Shown one piece after another: positions 6,901 through 15,451 of a DNA stretch of 20,000 bases. Below the pieces are notes generated by a model. It was not told the DNA's origin, searched no databases, and was given only the letters and a program-made list of their open reading frames with translations. The DNA is taken from IMG/VR virus record IMGVR_UViG_3300037420_000914; one strand, 5' to 3'. A program made the translations under genes and the position numbers. The stretch's first letter is position 1. Each line of letters begins with the position of its first letter. This DNA comes from an uncultured virus (IMG/VR IMGVR_UViG_3300037420_000914). Taxonomy: Duplodnaviria > Heunggongvirae > Uroviricota > Caudoviricetes.

Positions 6901-7266
6901 ATGGAGCAATCGGATCAAGGACATCTGGCCGCGCCCGGTGGGGACGTGCCTGCGGCGGCCTCAGACGATGCGGAGCGCCCTGTAGTTGGCGCTGCGCCCA
7001 CGGAGCAGGAAACGCCGCCCGAGATCGATACCGGCGACTTTGTTCTGCACAAACCCAGTGGCGAAGAGTGGGTTGTCGCCTACGTGAAAGACGGCCGGTT
7101 GGCTGCGTGCGGCTGGCCCGACGAAATCGTCCCTGTCGCCGATTGCGTGCTGACGAAGAAGGCAACGCCTGCAGCTCGCCGCGCTCTTCTCGAAACGCTC
7201 GCAGGCTCCTACGGCCACCGCGGCGCGTACGCCCGCGCCGCGCTCTCTCAATCGGAGGTCGCATGA
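6901..7266 (+). CDS. Hypothetical protein
   Basis: AAGGAG SD; 121 aa; small beta-barrel-like segment GDFVLHKPSGEEWVV. Confidence 0.7.
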   Translation: MEQSDQGHLAAPGGDVPAAASDDAERPVVGAAPTEQETPPEIDTGDFVLHKPSGEEWVVAYVKDGRLAACGWPDEIVPVADCVLTKKATPAARRALLETLAGSYGHRGAYARAALSQSEVA

Positions 7267-7637
7267 CCCCCGCAAACATCTTCGGCGCAGCCCTAGAGAG
7301 GGAGGCGAAGCATACGCCGGGGCCGTGGAAGCTCTATTCAGAGCAAGGCGTCACCGGCCCCACCGCATCGCCAGCCGTCTATTGGCCTCGCGAAGTGAAG
7401 TGGTGCGAAATCACGGTGGGCGACGAAGTCGTTGCCTATGTCGCTCGCAGTGGCGATCTGACGGAGGTGCAGCACGCCAACGCCCGTCTGATCGCCGCCG
7501 CGCCGGAACTCCTTCGCATCGCCGAACGATTCCTTGACCACATCGAGGCTGGCGCGGTCGAGATTCATTCTTCGGAAGCTGATTTGTCGGACGCAGTTCG
7601 CGCCGCCATCGCCAAGGCCACCGGGAGCGCTGCATGA
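7263..7637 (+). CDS. Phage hypothetical protein (HTPGPW...ANARLIAAAPELL family)
   Basis: Recognisable phage motif; GGAGG SD; ATGA overlap. Confidence 0.8.
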   Translation: MTPANIFGAALEREAKHTPGPWKLYSEQGVTGPTASPAVYWPREVKWCEITVGDEVVAYVARSGDLTEVQHANARLIAAAPELLRIAERFLDHIEAGAVEIHSSEADLSDAVRAAIAKATGSAA

Positions 7638-7966
7638 CCCCTCATCAATGCTTCGATGCAGCCTTAAACAGGCTGAACCCGTCCAATCGATTCGAGCCCG
7701 AAGGCGAGCCGATCTGCGTCGACGGAACGATGCTGGAGCCGATCAACGACGAGCCGCCAGTCCACGCGATGAAGCGACGCTACAGCGGCTTCGGCCTGGA
7801 CGGCACGGCGCGCGTTCACTGCACCTGCGGCTGGAGCGGCCCCGAGCGTCATCAGTCCGACGACTTCATGTCGTTCAAGCTCATGGGCGACGAGCGCAAC
7901 CACTGCGAGGAATCGCGCTGCATCGAGCGCAGCGACTTGGCGCGGGAATGCGAGGTGACGCGATGA
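7634..7966 (+). CDS. Hypothetical protein
   Basis: 110 aa, CTCGW motif, coupled at both ends. Confidence 0.7.
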   Translation: MTPHQCFDAALNRLNPSNRFEPEGEPICVDGTMLEPINDEPPVHAMKRRYSGFGLDGTARVHCTCGWSGPERHQSDDFMSFKLMGDERNHCEESRCIERSDLARECEVTR

Positions 7967-8190
7967 GCAAGTGGTACGAGGTCAAAGTCACGACGGTGCG
8001 CGTGATGCTCGTTGAAATCGAAGACGACATGCCCGACGACGAGGCCCGCGAATCCGCGATGTTTGAAGCGCTCTCAGAGGCTGGCACGGATGGTGTCTCC
8101 GAAGCCGAAATCGAGTCCGGCCCTTATGCATCGGAGAACCGCGAGCTGGAGTCGCTGAGGCGTCACGCTGACGAGGTGCTGCCGCTATGA
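7963..8190 (+). CDS. Hypothetical acidic protein
   Basis: GAGGTG SD, ATGA overlaps. Confidence 0.7.
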   Translation: MSKWYEVKVTTVRVMLVEIEDDMPDDEARESAMFEALSEAGTDGVSEAEIESGPYASENRELESLRRHADEVLPL

Positions 8191-8921
8191 CCTCACAACG
8201 CAGCTACAGCGGCGATGCGGCGAGCGGATGGGAACGTCGGCAAGCGTGGGGCGTTGGGACGGGTGTGCTGCATTGGGGCGACTGGAAGCCCTGCACCGAG
8301 GCCGACGCGCGGCGCGTCACCGGACTTCGGACGTGGGAAGTGCGTCGCATCGCGCCTGCCACCAAAACTGCTCTTACCAACGACAGCGGCGATGCGGCGA
8401 AGTACGTCTTCGTTCGCCTGACAAGACCTGAAGGTTACGAAGACGTTCACCCCGAGCTTGTTCTTGAGGACGCGAACATCAACCCCGCATTCAAGGCCGA
8501 GATTGTCGCCCCCTCCACCTCGCTTACCCACGCAGCGAGAGCGCAGAGCCGCATCGATCAATTCATCTTCAAGTGGATTTGCAGCGAATACGAATTTAAC
8601 ACCGACGACTTCAAGCAAGCGAAGAGGGATTTCCTTGAAGCCGCCTACGCCGAAGGCCGGGCAGATCAGAGAGAGGAACTTGCCGCGCTGCACCGCGACA
8701 TCATGAATCTACCGGTGGGCACCCCGGGATGGGCTGGCAATGATCTTGCCCTCTACAAAGAAGGCCACCGAGACGCCCGCCACGCTGCCGCCGAGCTGGT
8801 GACCGCCGCCCTCTCCTCCTCCGCCGCCCCTGCGCGAGAGGAAGCAGGAGAAGACGCGCGTGGCGTGGGCGCACCGTCTGACGCGGCACAGCCCCAACGT
8901 AACGGAGGCGCGAATGCCTGA
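8187..8921 (+). CDS. Mosaic hypothetical protein
   Basis: 244 aa; internal 18-bp repeat; AYAEGRAD and YKEGHRDARHAAAEL segments. Confidence 0.75.
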   Translation: MTSQRSYSGDAASGWERRQAWGVGTGVLHWGDWKPCTEADARRVTGLRTWEVRRIAPATKTALTNDSGDAAKYVFVRLTRPEGYEDVHPELVLEDANINPAFKAEIVAPSTSLTHAARAQSRIDQFIFKWICSEYEFNTDDFKQAKRDFLEAAYAEGRADQREELAALHRDIMNLPVGTPGWAGNDLALYKEGHRDARHAAAELVTAALSSSAAPAREEAGEDARGVGAPSDAAQPQRNGGANA

Positions 8922-9291
8922 ATTCAACGAAGCCCGCGAGCGCGAAATTTTCGATCGCATGCACGTTCGCATGACCGGCCCGAAAGGCGGCTTCACGCAC
9001 TGGTCCATCTTCAACGAAATCGAGAAGGCAGCCGCATGGAAAGCGTGGCAGGCGCGTGCTTCGATGAGCGAAGGCGGGCCGGACTTCACCGCAACGGCCC
9101 GCGCGGCGCTGCTGTGGGTGCTCTTTCACCACCAAGGGTTCAACAGCTCGGTCGGCGTGCCGATCCGCTACGCGCTTGGTATGGGCGCCGACGAAGAGCT
9201 GAGCGATGCCCAGATTGCGGAGGCGCGGCGCTGGGCTGACATCTGGAGCTCGCCGGTCGCCGATGGCGTGAAGGACAAGAACAATGGCTGA
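8914..9291 (+). CDS. Hypothetical protein
   Basis: GGAGG SD; AWKAWQARA and LLWVLFHHQG segments typical of phage accessory ORFs. Confidence 0.7.
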   Translation: MPEFNEAREREIFDRMHVRMTGPKGGFTHWSIFNEIEKAAAWKAWQARASMSEGGPDFTATARAALLWVLFHHQGFNSSVGVPIRYALGMGADEELSDAQIAEARRWADIWSSPVADGVKDKNNG

Positions 9292-9721
9292 CACGCAACC
9301 CCTCAGCGTCCGACTCCACTTCGCGCTTGAGCGTGCGCGGAGAGACGCCACGTTTTTCCGCTTTGAAGGCGGTGGCCAGTTCGGCACTTGGCAAGAGGCG
9401 AGGCAGGATGACCACCGCGCCACACCGTTCTACACCGCCCACGATGTCAAGAAGATCGTGGAAGACGTATGTGGCGAGAAACCGTCCGAATGCCGTTGGC
9501 CGACGAAACCGTTGGGGATGGTGCAAGTCACTCTGCCTGACGGAACCAGCGCAGCTCTACCGCCTGAGCGGGCCTACTTCGATGCGTGGGCAATGCAGGA
9601 GTTGGAGAACAACCTGAAGCACATTGCTGGCGTGCTGGCGTCTTCCGCAAAGACGCTCGCACCGTCAAACGCTGACGCCGCCCTCGCGGCAGATCAGATG
9701 AACAAGGAGCAGAGCAAGTGA
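9284..9721 (+). CDS. Hypothetical protein
   Basis: AAGGA SD, coupled. Confidence 0.7.
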   Translation: MADTQPLSVRLHFALERARRDATFFRFEGGGQFGTWQEARQDDHRATPFYTAHDVKKIVEDVCGEKPSECRWPTKPLGMVQVTLPDGTSAALPPERAYFDAWAMQELENNLKHIAGVLASSAKTLAPSNADAALAADQMNKEQSK

Positions 9722-9957
9722 GAGACCGAGAACTGACGCCGTGGTTTGTTGATGTTCTGCCTGCGCGGAAGGGCGTCTACAACGTTTCGTGCGAGCGGTC
9801 GAAGCAATCCGGCCAGTGGTACGCCCATTTCAACGGCAAGCGGTTTGGCTACTTCAGCGCCGAGCCTGAGATGGCGTTTCTTCTTCGGCGTCAGAAAACG
9901 AACGCCGTGGCCCTCTCTTGGCGCGGCATGTCTCACCCTCCCAAGGAAGCGCAATGA
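9718..9957 (+). CDS. Hypothetical phage protein
   Basis: GTGA overlap, AAGGAG SD; LTPWF...PARKGVY...WRG pattern. Confidence 0.7.
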   Translation: MRDRELTPWFVDVLPARKGVYNVSCERSKQSGQWYAHFNGKRFGYFSAEPEMAFLLRRQKTNAVALSWRGMSHPPKEAQ

Positions 9958-10109
9958 ACCAACGCAAGCGCCTGCTGGGCGGCATCGCCCCGGTGATCGA
10001 CTTGATCCGCCTGCAGTGGTATCGCCTCGCTCTGCGCCAAATCGACCCGCTGCATAAGGATGTGCCGGAAATCGTCAGGGCCATCAACCAGCTTGAGAGG
10101 AATGCGTGA
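9954..10109 (+). CDS. Small hypothetical protein
   Basis: 51 aa, AAGGA SD, coupled. Confidence 0.6.
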   Translation: MNQRKRLLGGIAPVIDLIRLQWYRLALRQIDPLHKDVPEIVRAINQLERNA

Positions 10110-10915
10110 TGGCGAACCCGGCTGTCATCGGAGATGCGACCCTGTACCTCGGGGATTGCCGCGACATCCTGCCGATGGTGCGCGCCGATCATGTCCTGAC
10201 CGACCCGCCCTATGAGGCGGAAGCTCACGGCGAAGGACGCCGATTGCTCGGGCGCACGGCCGAACTGAAGGACGCGCGAGTGCGCGAGATAGAGGCCGCG
10301 CCTCTGGACTTCGATGCGATGACGCCGGAACTGCGCGCGCACGTCTGCGCATGGGCCGCAGATAGCTGCAGCGGCTGGATGCTCGCGTTCTGCCAAGCCG
10401 AGGCCGTCGCAACGTGGCGAGAGGCGATGGAAGCGGCTGGCGCGAAGTGGCGGCGTGCGATGGTCTGGGTCAAGCCCGACAGCTCGCCGCAGTTGTCCGG
10501 CGACCGTCCGGCTCAGGGCTTCGAGAGCATCGCGCTTGCGTGGTGTGGCACTGGCCCGAGCCGCTGGAATGGTGGTGGCAAGCGCGGTGTCTTCACCTAT
10601 GGCAAGCACGACCCGGGCATGGGGCACGGAGGCGGCGCGAACGAACACCCGACGCAAAAGCCCCGCCTGCTCATGGCCGATCTCGTCGCGCTCTTCACGA
10701 ACCCCGGCGAGCTGATCGCCGACCCGTTCATGGGGTCAGGAACGACGGGCATTGCCGCGATTCAGGCAGGCCGCAGGTTCGTGGGCATCGAGAAGAGCCC
10801 GCATCACTTCGCCGTGGCCTGCCGCCGCATCGCCGATGCATGGAGCCAGCGCCCGCTGTTCGACGCCGAGCCGCCGCGCAAGCCCGAGCAGGGCAACTTA
10901 CTGGAGGCCGCATGA
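10106..10915 (+). CDS. DNA N6-adenine/N4-cytosine methyltransferase, beta class (orphan)
   Basis: LYLGDC, DPPY (motif IV), HPTQKP, DPFMGSGTTG (motif I). Confidence 0.93.
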   Translation: MMANPAVIGDATLYLGDCRDILPMVRADHVLTDPPYEAEAHGEGRRLLGRTAELKDARVREIEAAPLDFDAMTPELRAHVCAWAADSCSGWMLAFCQAEAVATWREAMEAAGAKWRRAMVWVKPDSSPQLSGDRPAQGFESIALAWCGTGPSRWNGGGKRGVFTYGKHDPGMGHGGGANEHPTQKPRLLMADLVALFTNPGELIADPFMGSGTTGIAAIQAGRRFVGIEKSPHHFAVACRRIADAWSQRPLFDAEPPRKPEQGNLLEAA

Positions 10916-11172
10916 CGCACGCACTTTGCAGATCCTGCGAAACCGCACTGACATGCAGCCGTCGCGGCGAATGCTTCGAGCCCATCGAATGGCAGGCCGC
11001 GCATGGCGTCGTGTCTGTCGATGAATACGACGACTTCACCAGCGAAAGCGCGCAAAAGGACTTCCTCACCTTTCGCGACTTTCTTCTCGCCATTGTCAGT
11101 ATGGCCTTCGCCTTTGTCAGCGGGGTTGTCGTCGGGGTTGGCGGCGGGGTGATTGCTAGGTGGATGGCTTGA
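10912..11172 (+). CDS. Cys-cluster protein with C-terminal transmembrane segment
   Basis: LCRSCETALTCSRRGEC plus hydrophobic C-terminus; GGAGG SD. Confidence 0.7.
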   Translation: MTHALCRSCETALTCSRRGECFEPIEWQAAHGVVSVDEYDDFTSESAQKDFLTFRDFLLAIVSMAFAFVSGVVVGVGGGVIARWMA

Positions 11173-11189
11173 ATTAACCGGAGAGAAGT

Positions 11190-11297
11190 GTGCTTCACGA
11201 CCTCATTCAATCGATCAAGGCAGGTGTCCGCGAATGGAAGCGGCGGGTCTACCTGCGTCATCACCGCGCGACTTTGCGCGACACGCTTCCGTTCTGA
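11190..11297 (+). CDS. Small hypothetical protein (35 aa, ends DTLPF)
   Basis: Read by hand: GTG 11190, GGAG SD, stop overlaps the SD of the ATPase gene. Confidence 0.5.
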   Translation: MLHDLIQSIKAGVREWKRRVYLRHHRATLRDTLPF

Positions 11298-11305
11298 GGA
11301 CCATC

Positions 11306-12181
11306 ATGCAATTCACGAAAGCCACGAGGAAGAACGCCAAGCTACGGCTGGCACTTACCGGGCCGAGCGGTGCCGGGAAGACTTATAGCGCCCTGCTGCT
11401 TGCCAAGGGCATCGGGGGGCGGATCGCCGTGATCGACACCGAGCACGAAAGCGCCAGCTTGTATGCCGGCTTGCCGGAGATGCCGGAGTTCGACACGCTA
11501 AACCTCGCGCCGCCCTTCACGCCCGAACGGTTTGCCGAGGCCGTGCAGTCCGCCGAGGCGGCGGGCTTCGACATCCTGATCCTGGACAGCATCACGCACG
11601 AATGGAACGGCTCGGGCGGCTGTCTGGAGCTGGTGGACGAGATCGCCCGCGCCAAGTTCAAGGGCAACACCTGGAGCGCATGGAGCGAGATCAACCCGCG
11701 CCACCGCGCTTTCCTTGACGCGATGCTGCGCTCGCCCCTGCACATCATCGCCACGATGCGCAGCAAGACCGAGACGGCGCAGACCGAGGAAAACGGACGC
11801 AAGAAGGTCGTGAAGCTGGGGATGAAGTCCGAGCAGCGCGACGGCTTCGAGTACGAAATGACGGTCGTTCTTGACCTCGTGCATGACGGCCATTTCGCCA
11901 CTGCCACGAAGGACCGCACTGGCCTGTTCTCCCACACGGACCCCAAGCCCATTAGCGAGCAGACCGGCGCTGCGCTTCTGCAATGGCTGGACTCCGGCGA
12001 GAACCAGCCTGACGTTGCCGCGATCCTGCGCGGCATCAGTGGCTCGACCACGACCGACATCCTCAAGGCGAACTACGAGGCGGCGATGCAGATGCTGCCG
12101 GAGCAATACCACGGCGCGGTGACGAAGGCGAAGAACGCGCGCTACCGCGAACTCAACCCGAAACAGAAAGAGGCTGCTTAA
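11306..12181 (+). CDS. AAA-family ATPase, Sak4-like single-strand annealing recombinase
   Basis: Walker [13 protein letters not shown], Walker [12 protein letters not shown]; adjacent to SSB and Gp157; GAGGA SD. Confidence 0.85.
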   Translation: MQFTKATRKNAKLRLALTGPSGAGKTYSALLLAKGIGGRIAVIDTEHESASLYAGLPEMPEFDTLNLAPPFTPERFAEAVQSAEAAGFDILILDSITHEWNGSGGCLELVDEIARAKFKGNTWSAWSEINPRHRAFLDAMLRSPLHIIATMRSKTETAQTEENGRKKVVKLGMKSEQRDGFEYEMTVVLDLVHDGHFATATKDRTGLFSHTDPKPISEQTGAALLQWLDSGENQPDVAAILRGISGSTTTDILKANYEAAMQMLPEQYHGAVTKAKNARYRELNPKQKEAA

Positions 12182-12621
12182 TGGCATCCGTCAACAAGGT
12201 CATCATCGTCGGCAACCTCGGGCGCGACCCCGAGGTGCGCACTTTCCCCAGCGGCGACCGCGTCGCCAACGTCACCATCGCCACCACCGACAAGTGGAAG
12301 GACAAGCAGTCCGGCGAGATGAAGGAAGCCACCGAGTGGCATCGCGTCAACTTCTTCGGGCGACTAGCCGAGATCGCTGGCGAATATCTGCGCAAAGGCT
12401 CGCAGGTGTACATCGAGGGACAGCTGCGCACCCGAAAGTACACGGACAAGGACGGCGTGGAGCGCCAGGTCACCGAGATCCGCGCCGACTCGCTGCAGAT
12501 GCTCGGAGGCCGCGCCGAAGGCGACCGCGACAGCAAGGCGCCCGCACGCGCGCCAGCCTCTGCCGCGTCCAAATCGAGCGGAGGCGGCTTCGATGACATG
12601 GACGATGACATTCCTTGGTGA
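12181..12621 (+). CDS. ssb: Single-stranded DNA-binding protein
   Basis: [40 protein letters not shown], acidic tail DDMDDDIPW. Confidence 0.97.
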   Translation: MASVNKVIIVGNLGRDPEVRTFPSGDRVANVTIATTDKWKDKQSGEMKEATEWHRVNFFGRLAEIAGEYLRKGSQVYIEGQLRTRKYTDKDGVERQVTEIRADSLQMLGGRAEGDRDSKAPARAPASAASKSSGGGFDDMDDDIPW

Positions 12622-12626
12622 TTGCC

Positions 12627-12812
12627 ATGGCCTACAGCGACCCCATCGCCGCGAAGCTGTATCAGCGCCGCTACCTGAGTCGGCCTGAAGTGAAGGAGCG
12701 CCGCAAGCTGGCCGCGCGAATCAAGCGCGCCAGCGGGCAGCGTGAGCACAAGCCACTTCCCGCGCCCATCCAACGACTGCAAAGCGCCATCAGCGCATGG
12801 AGAGTTCAATGA
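12627..12812 (+). CDS. Small basic hypothetical protein
   Basis: 61 aa Arg/Lys-rich ORF, ATGA overlap with the Gp157 gene. Confidence 0.55.
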   Translation: MAYSDPIAAKLYQRRYLSRPEVKERRKLAARIKRASGQREHKPLPAPIQRLQSAISAWRVQ

Positions 12813-13306
12813 GCAACCTGTACGAGATCGCCCACGCCTTCCGCGCCGACGCCGCCAAGCTCGCGGATCTGGACCTCGATGAGCAGACGCTGGCCGACAC
12901 GCTCGAAGCGATGAGCGGCGAGCTTGAGGCCAAGGCGACGAACACTGCGTTCGTCATCCGCAATCTGGAAGCTAGCGCCGCGGCGATCAAGGAAGCCGAA
13001 TCGCAGATGGCCGTCCGCAGGAAGGCGCTGGAAAACCGCGCCGCGCGCATCAAGGACTACCTGCTGGCAAACATGATGGTCGCGGGCGTGCAGAAGATCG
13101 AATGCCCGTTCTTCAAGCTGGCCGTGCGCGAGAACCCGCCTGCGGTGGAAATCTACGAGCCCGGGACCATCCCTGCGGAGTTCATGACGCAGCCGGTAGC
13201 GCCGCCGCCCGCCCCCAACAAGACTGCCATCGCTGGCGCCCTGAAGGCTGGCATCGAAGTGCCCGGCTGCAAGCTCACGCGCGGCGTGCGCCTCGAGATC
13301 AAGTGA
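12809..13306 (+). CDS. Siphovirus Gp157 family protein
   Basis: MSNLYEI start, coiled coil, NPPAVEI...IPAEF...NKTAI..ALKAG..VPG. Confidence 0.88.
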   Translation: MSNLYEIAHAFRADAAKLADLDLDEQTLADTLEAMSGELEAKATNTAFVIRNLEASAAAIKEAESQMAVRRKALENRAARIKDYLLANMMVAGVQKIECPFFKLAVRENPPAVEIYEPGTIPAEFMTQPVAPPPAPNKTAIAGALKAGIEVPGCKLTRGVRLEIK

Positions 13307-13343
13307 TTGGGCGGATTGCGCAATACGGCTGGGTATTGAACGC

Positions 13344-14387
13344 ATGACCGTGTACTACAACGAGCTCAACCCCGAGGCCGCGCAGCACCTGCGCAACCTC
13401 ATCGCCGCGGGCCACATCGCGCCCGGCGACGTAGACGAGCGCTCGATCAAGGAAGTTTCGCCCGATGACCTCCGCGGCTACACGCAATGCCACTTCTTCG
13501 CCGGCGTCGGAGTGTGGAGCTACGCCCTCCGACGAGCGGGATGGCCCGATGACAGACCTGTTTGGACAGGCTCTTGTCCCTGTCAGCCGTTCAGCACCGC
13601 CGGCAAAGGCGAAGGACTCGATGATCCGCGCCATCTCTGGCCGGATTGGCGCAACCTCATTCGCGAGCGACGCCCTGTCTCTGTCCTTGGCGAGCAAGTT
13701 TCAGGAAAGGACGGCATCGCTTGGCTCGACCTTACGCGAGCTGACTTGGAAGACGATTCGTACGCCACTGGGGCGCTCGTTGCCTGTTCTGCGGGCGTCG
13801 GGGGCCCGGACATTCGGCAGCGGCTTTACTGGATGGCCCACGCCCGCGGCGGCGAACGGGGACGGCGGTCAGACGATGGCGCACTGCTCTCCGACAGGCA
13901 CGCGCCCGGACGGAACGAAGGCGCAGGTCACGCTCAACGGAGTAGCGCAACTCGCAGGGTGGCAGACGCCCACAGTGAACGACTCGACAGGCTCGAGCTA
14001 CACATACTCGAACGGGGATCACAGCCGTCCGTTCTTGAAGCTGCCGGGAGAAGCGAAGCTGGCAGGCTGGCGATCGCCGACGAAGGGCAACGGAGATCGT
14101 GGCGGGCAACACCCGGATCAGCGGACGGGCCACATGCTGAATCTGCAGGACGAAGTGCTGCTGGCGAAGTGGATGACCAGCCACGGCCCGGCCCGCTTAA
14201 CGGCTTCTGGCGATCTGCTGACTGGCTCTTTTGCACAGATGGAAAGTGGCGGCCAGTTGAACCCGGCACATTCCCGCTGGCTCATGGGGCTCCCGCCCGA
14301 GTGGGACGCCTGCGCGCCTATGGCAACGCCATCAACGCGGAAGTCGCGCGCGTCTTCATCGAAACCGTAATGGACTGCATGCCCTGA
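13344..14387 (+). CDS. C5-cytosine DNA methyltransferase, large (alpha-like) chain
   Basis: Motif I FFAGVG, IV GSCPCQPFS, VI GEQV, VIII IRQRLYW, X RLRAYGNAI; motif IX not seen in this frame. Confidence 0.92.
   Translation: MTVYYNELNPEAAQHLRNLIAAGHIAPGDVDERSIKEVSPDDLRGYTQCHFFAGVGVWSYALRRAGWPDDRPVWTGSCPCQPFSTAGKGEGLDDPRHLWPDWRNLIRERRPVSVLGEQVSGKDGIAWLDLTRADLEDDSYATGALVACSAGVGGPDIRQRLYWMAHARGGERGRRSDDGALLSDRHAPGRNEGAGHAQRSSATRRVADAHSERLDRLELHILERGSQPSVLEAAGRSEAGRLAIADEGQRRSWRATPGSADGPHAESAGRSAAGEVDDQPRPGPLNGFWRSADWLFCTDGKWRPVEPGTFPLAHGAPARVGRLRAYGNAINAEVARVFIETVMDCMP
13549..14370 (+). CDS. C5-MTase beta-like chain, nested in the +1 frame
   Basis: Open from 13465; likely start ATG 13549 (uncertain); motif IX-like QLNPAHSRWLMGLPPEW; repeated GWx[TS]P units. 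Confidence 0.8.
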   Translation: MTDLFGQALVPVSRSAPPAKAKDSMIRAISGRIGATSFASDALSLSLASKFQERTASLGSTLRELTWKTIRTPLGRSLPVLRASGARTFGSGFTGWPTPAAANGDGGQTMAHCSPTGTRPDGTKAQVTLNGVAQLAGWQTPTVNDSTGSSYTYSNGDHSRPFLKLPGEAKLAGWRSPTKGNGDRGGQHPDQRTGHMLNLQDEVLLAKWMTSHGPARLTASGDLLTGSFAQMESGGQLNPAHSRWLMGLPPEWDACAPMATPSTRKSRASSSKP

Positions 14388-14409
14388 CCCCCCATCAACG
14401 GAGAACCCC

Positions 14410-14928
14410 ATGAACAACACAGTCCCCATCGAACACGGCGAATTTGTCGGAGAGCCGGTAGAAGTGCCTGCAATGCGAGTGGCAGGAGTGCCGCAGTGGC
14501 GGCCGATCGAGACGGCGCCGAAGGATGGGCGCACGATTCTGCTGGGCCATTACAACTCTCACGGCAAGTGGCGCACGTTGCGCGGGCAGTGGTTCTCCGC
14601 CGCCACCATTGCGGAAACGTGGGAGGACGACGAGTGCGCCGAAGGGTGGTACGAAACGTCAGTCGAATGCGATGACGATGTAAACGCTTGGTGGACGGAA
14701 CCCACGCACTGGAAGCCTCTCGACCCGCCTCCCGCCGCCGCTCCTTCCCCCTTCACCGATGCAGTAGCACCCGCTGGGATGGTGGATGTGATGCGCAAAG
14801 CCGAGACATTCGCCGAGGACGTAGCTGCGCGCCGAGCAGTCAAGCTCTACGCCGATGACTTGGAAGAGGACGCCCGCATCCTGCTTGTGGAACTGCGCGC
14901 CGCTCTCTCCAGCCAGGAGGGCAAGTGA
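14410..14928 (+). CDS. DUF551-like phage protein
   Basis: WRPIETAPKDGRTILL...EPTHWKPL; GGAG SD. Confidence 0.8.
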   Translation: MNNTVPIEHGEFVGEPVEVPAMRVAGVPQWRPIETAPKDGRTILLGHYNSHGKWRTLRGQWFSAATIAETWEDDECAEGWYETSVECDDDVNAWWTEPTHWKPLDPPPAAAPSPFTDAVAPAGMVDVMRKAETFAEDVAARRAVKLYADDLEEDARILLVELRAALSSQEGK

Positions 14929-14929
14929 C

Positions 14930-15451
14930 ATGACCCACCCCACCACCGCAGGAGCGCAGGCAGTCATAACGGACGAGCGGATCGAGGATATAGAGGGCGT
15001 GATCGCATGCCTTGGTGACGACGCCGCGCAGATTCGGCTTGAGCTTGCAAACTGCCGCCCGAACAAAAAAGGCTTCATCTGCGAGGAATGGGCTGAGAGC
15101 ATGGAGCGCGCAGCCGAACTGCTAGCGGATCTTCTCGCTGCCTCACCAGCAGCAGCGACGCCGCAGCCGACGAGCGACGGCGCGAGCAGCACGCATAACG
15201 CCATTCGGGCATGCGGAGGCGTCGTCCACAGCGACGGAAACATTTTCTTCACGCACCGCTATCAGTTCGAACATGCGGCAAGCATGGTCTGCGGCACCGC
15301 GACCATCGCCACCCAGCCAGAAGCCGAGAAGGCAGATGCGGTGGATGCCCCGGTAAAGCTCGTCACAAGCAAATGGCCGGAAGGCAAGCGTGATCCGCGC
15401 ACCAATGAACACGGCGATTGGCTCGACAAACCGCAGGAGTCCCAATCATGA
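14930..15451 (+). CDS. Mosaic hypothetical protein
   Basis: GGAGG SD; Ala/Pro linkers; IRACGGVVHSDGNIFF segment. Confidence 0.7.
   Translation: MTHPTTAGAQAVITDERIEDIEGVIACLGDDAAQIRLELANCRPNKKGFICEEWAESMERAAELLADLLAASPAAATPQPTSDGASSTHNAIRACGGVVHSDGNIFFTHRYQFEHAASMVCGTATIATQPEAEKADAVDAPVKLVTSKWPEGKRDPRTNEHGDWLDKPQESQS

Noticed and set aside
11153..11305. N-terminal extension of the AAA ATPase
   Set aside because: ATG 11306 has a GAGGA SD, and the region is better explained by a small ORF in another frame
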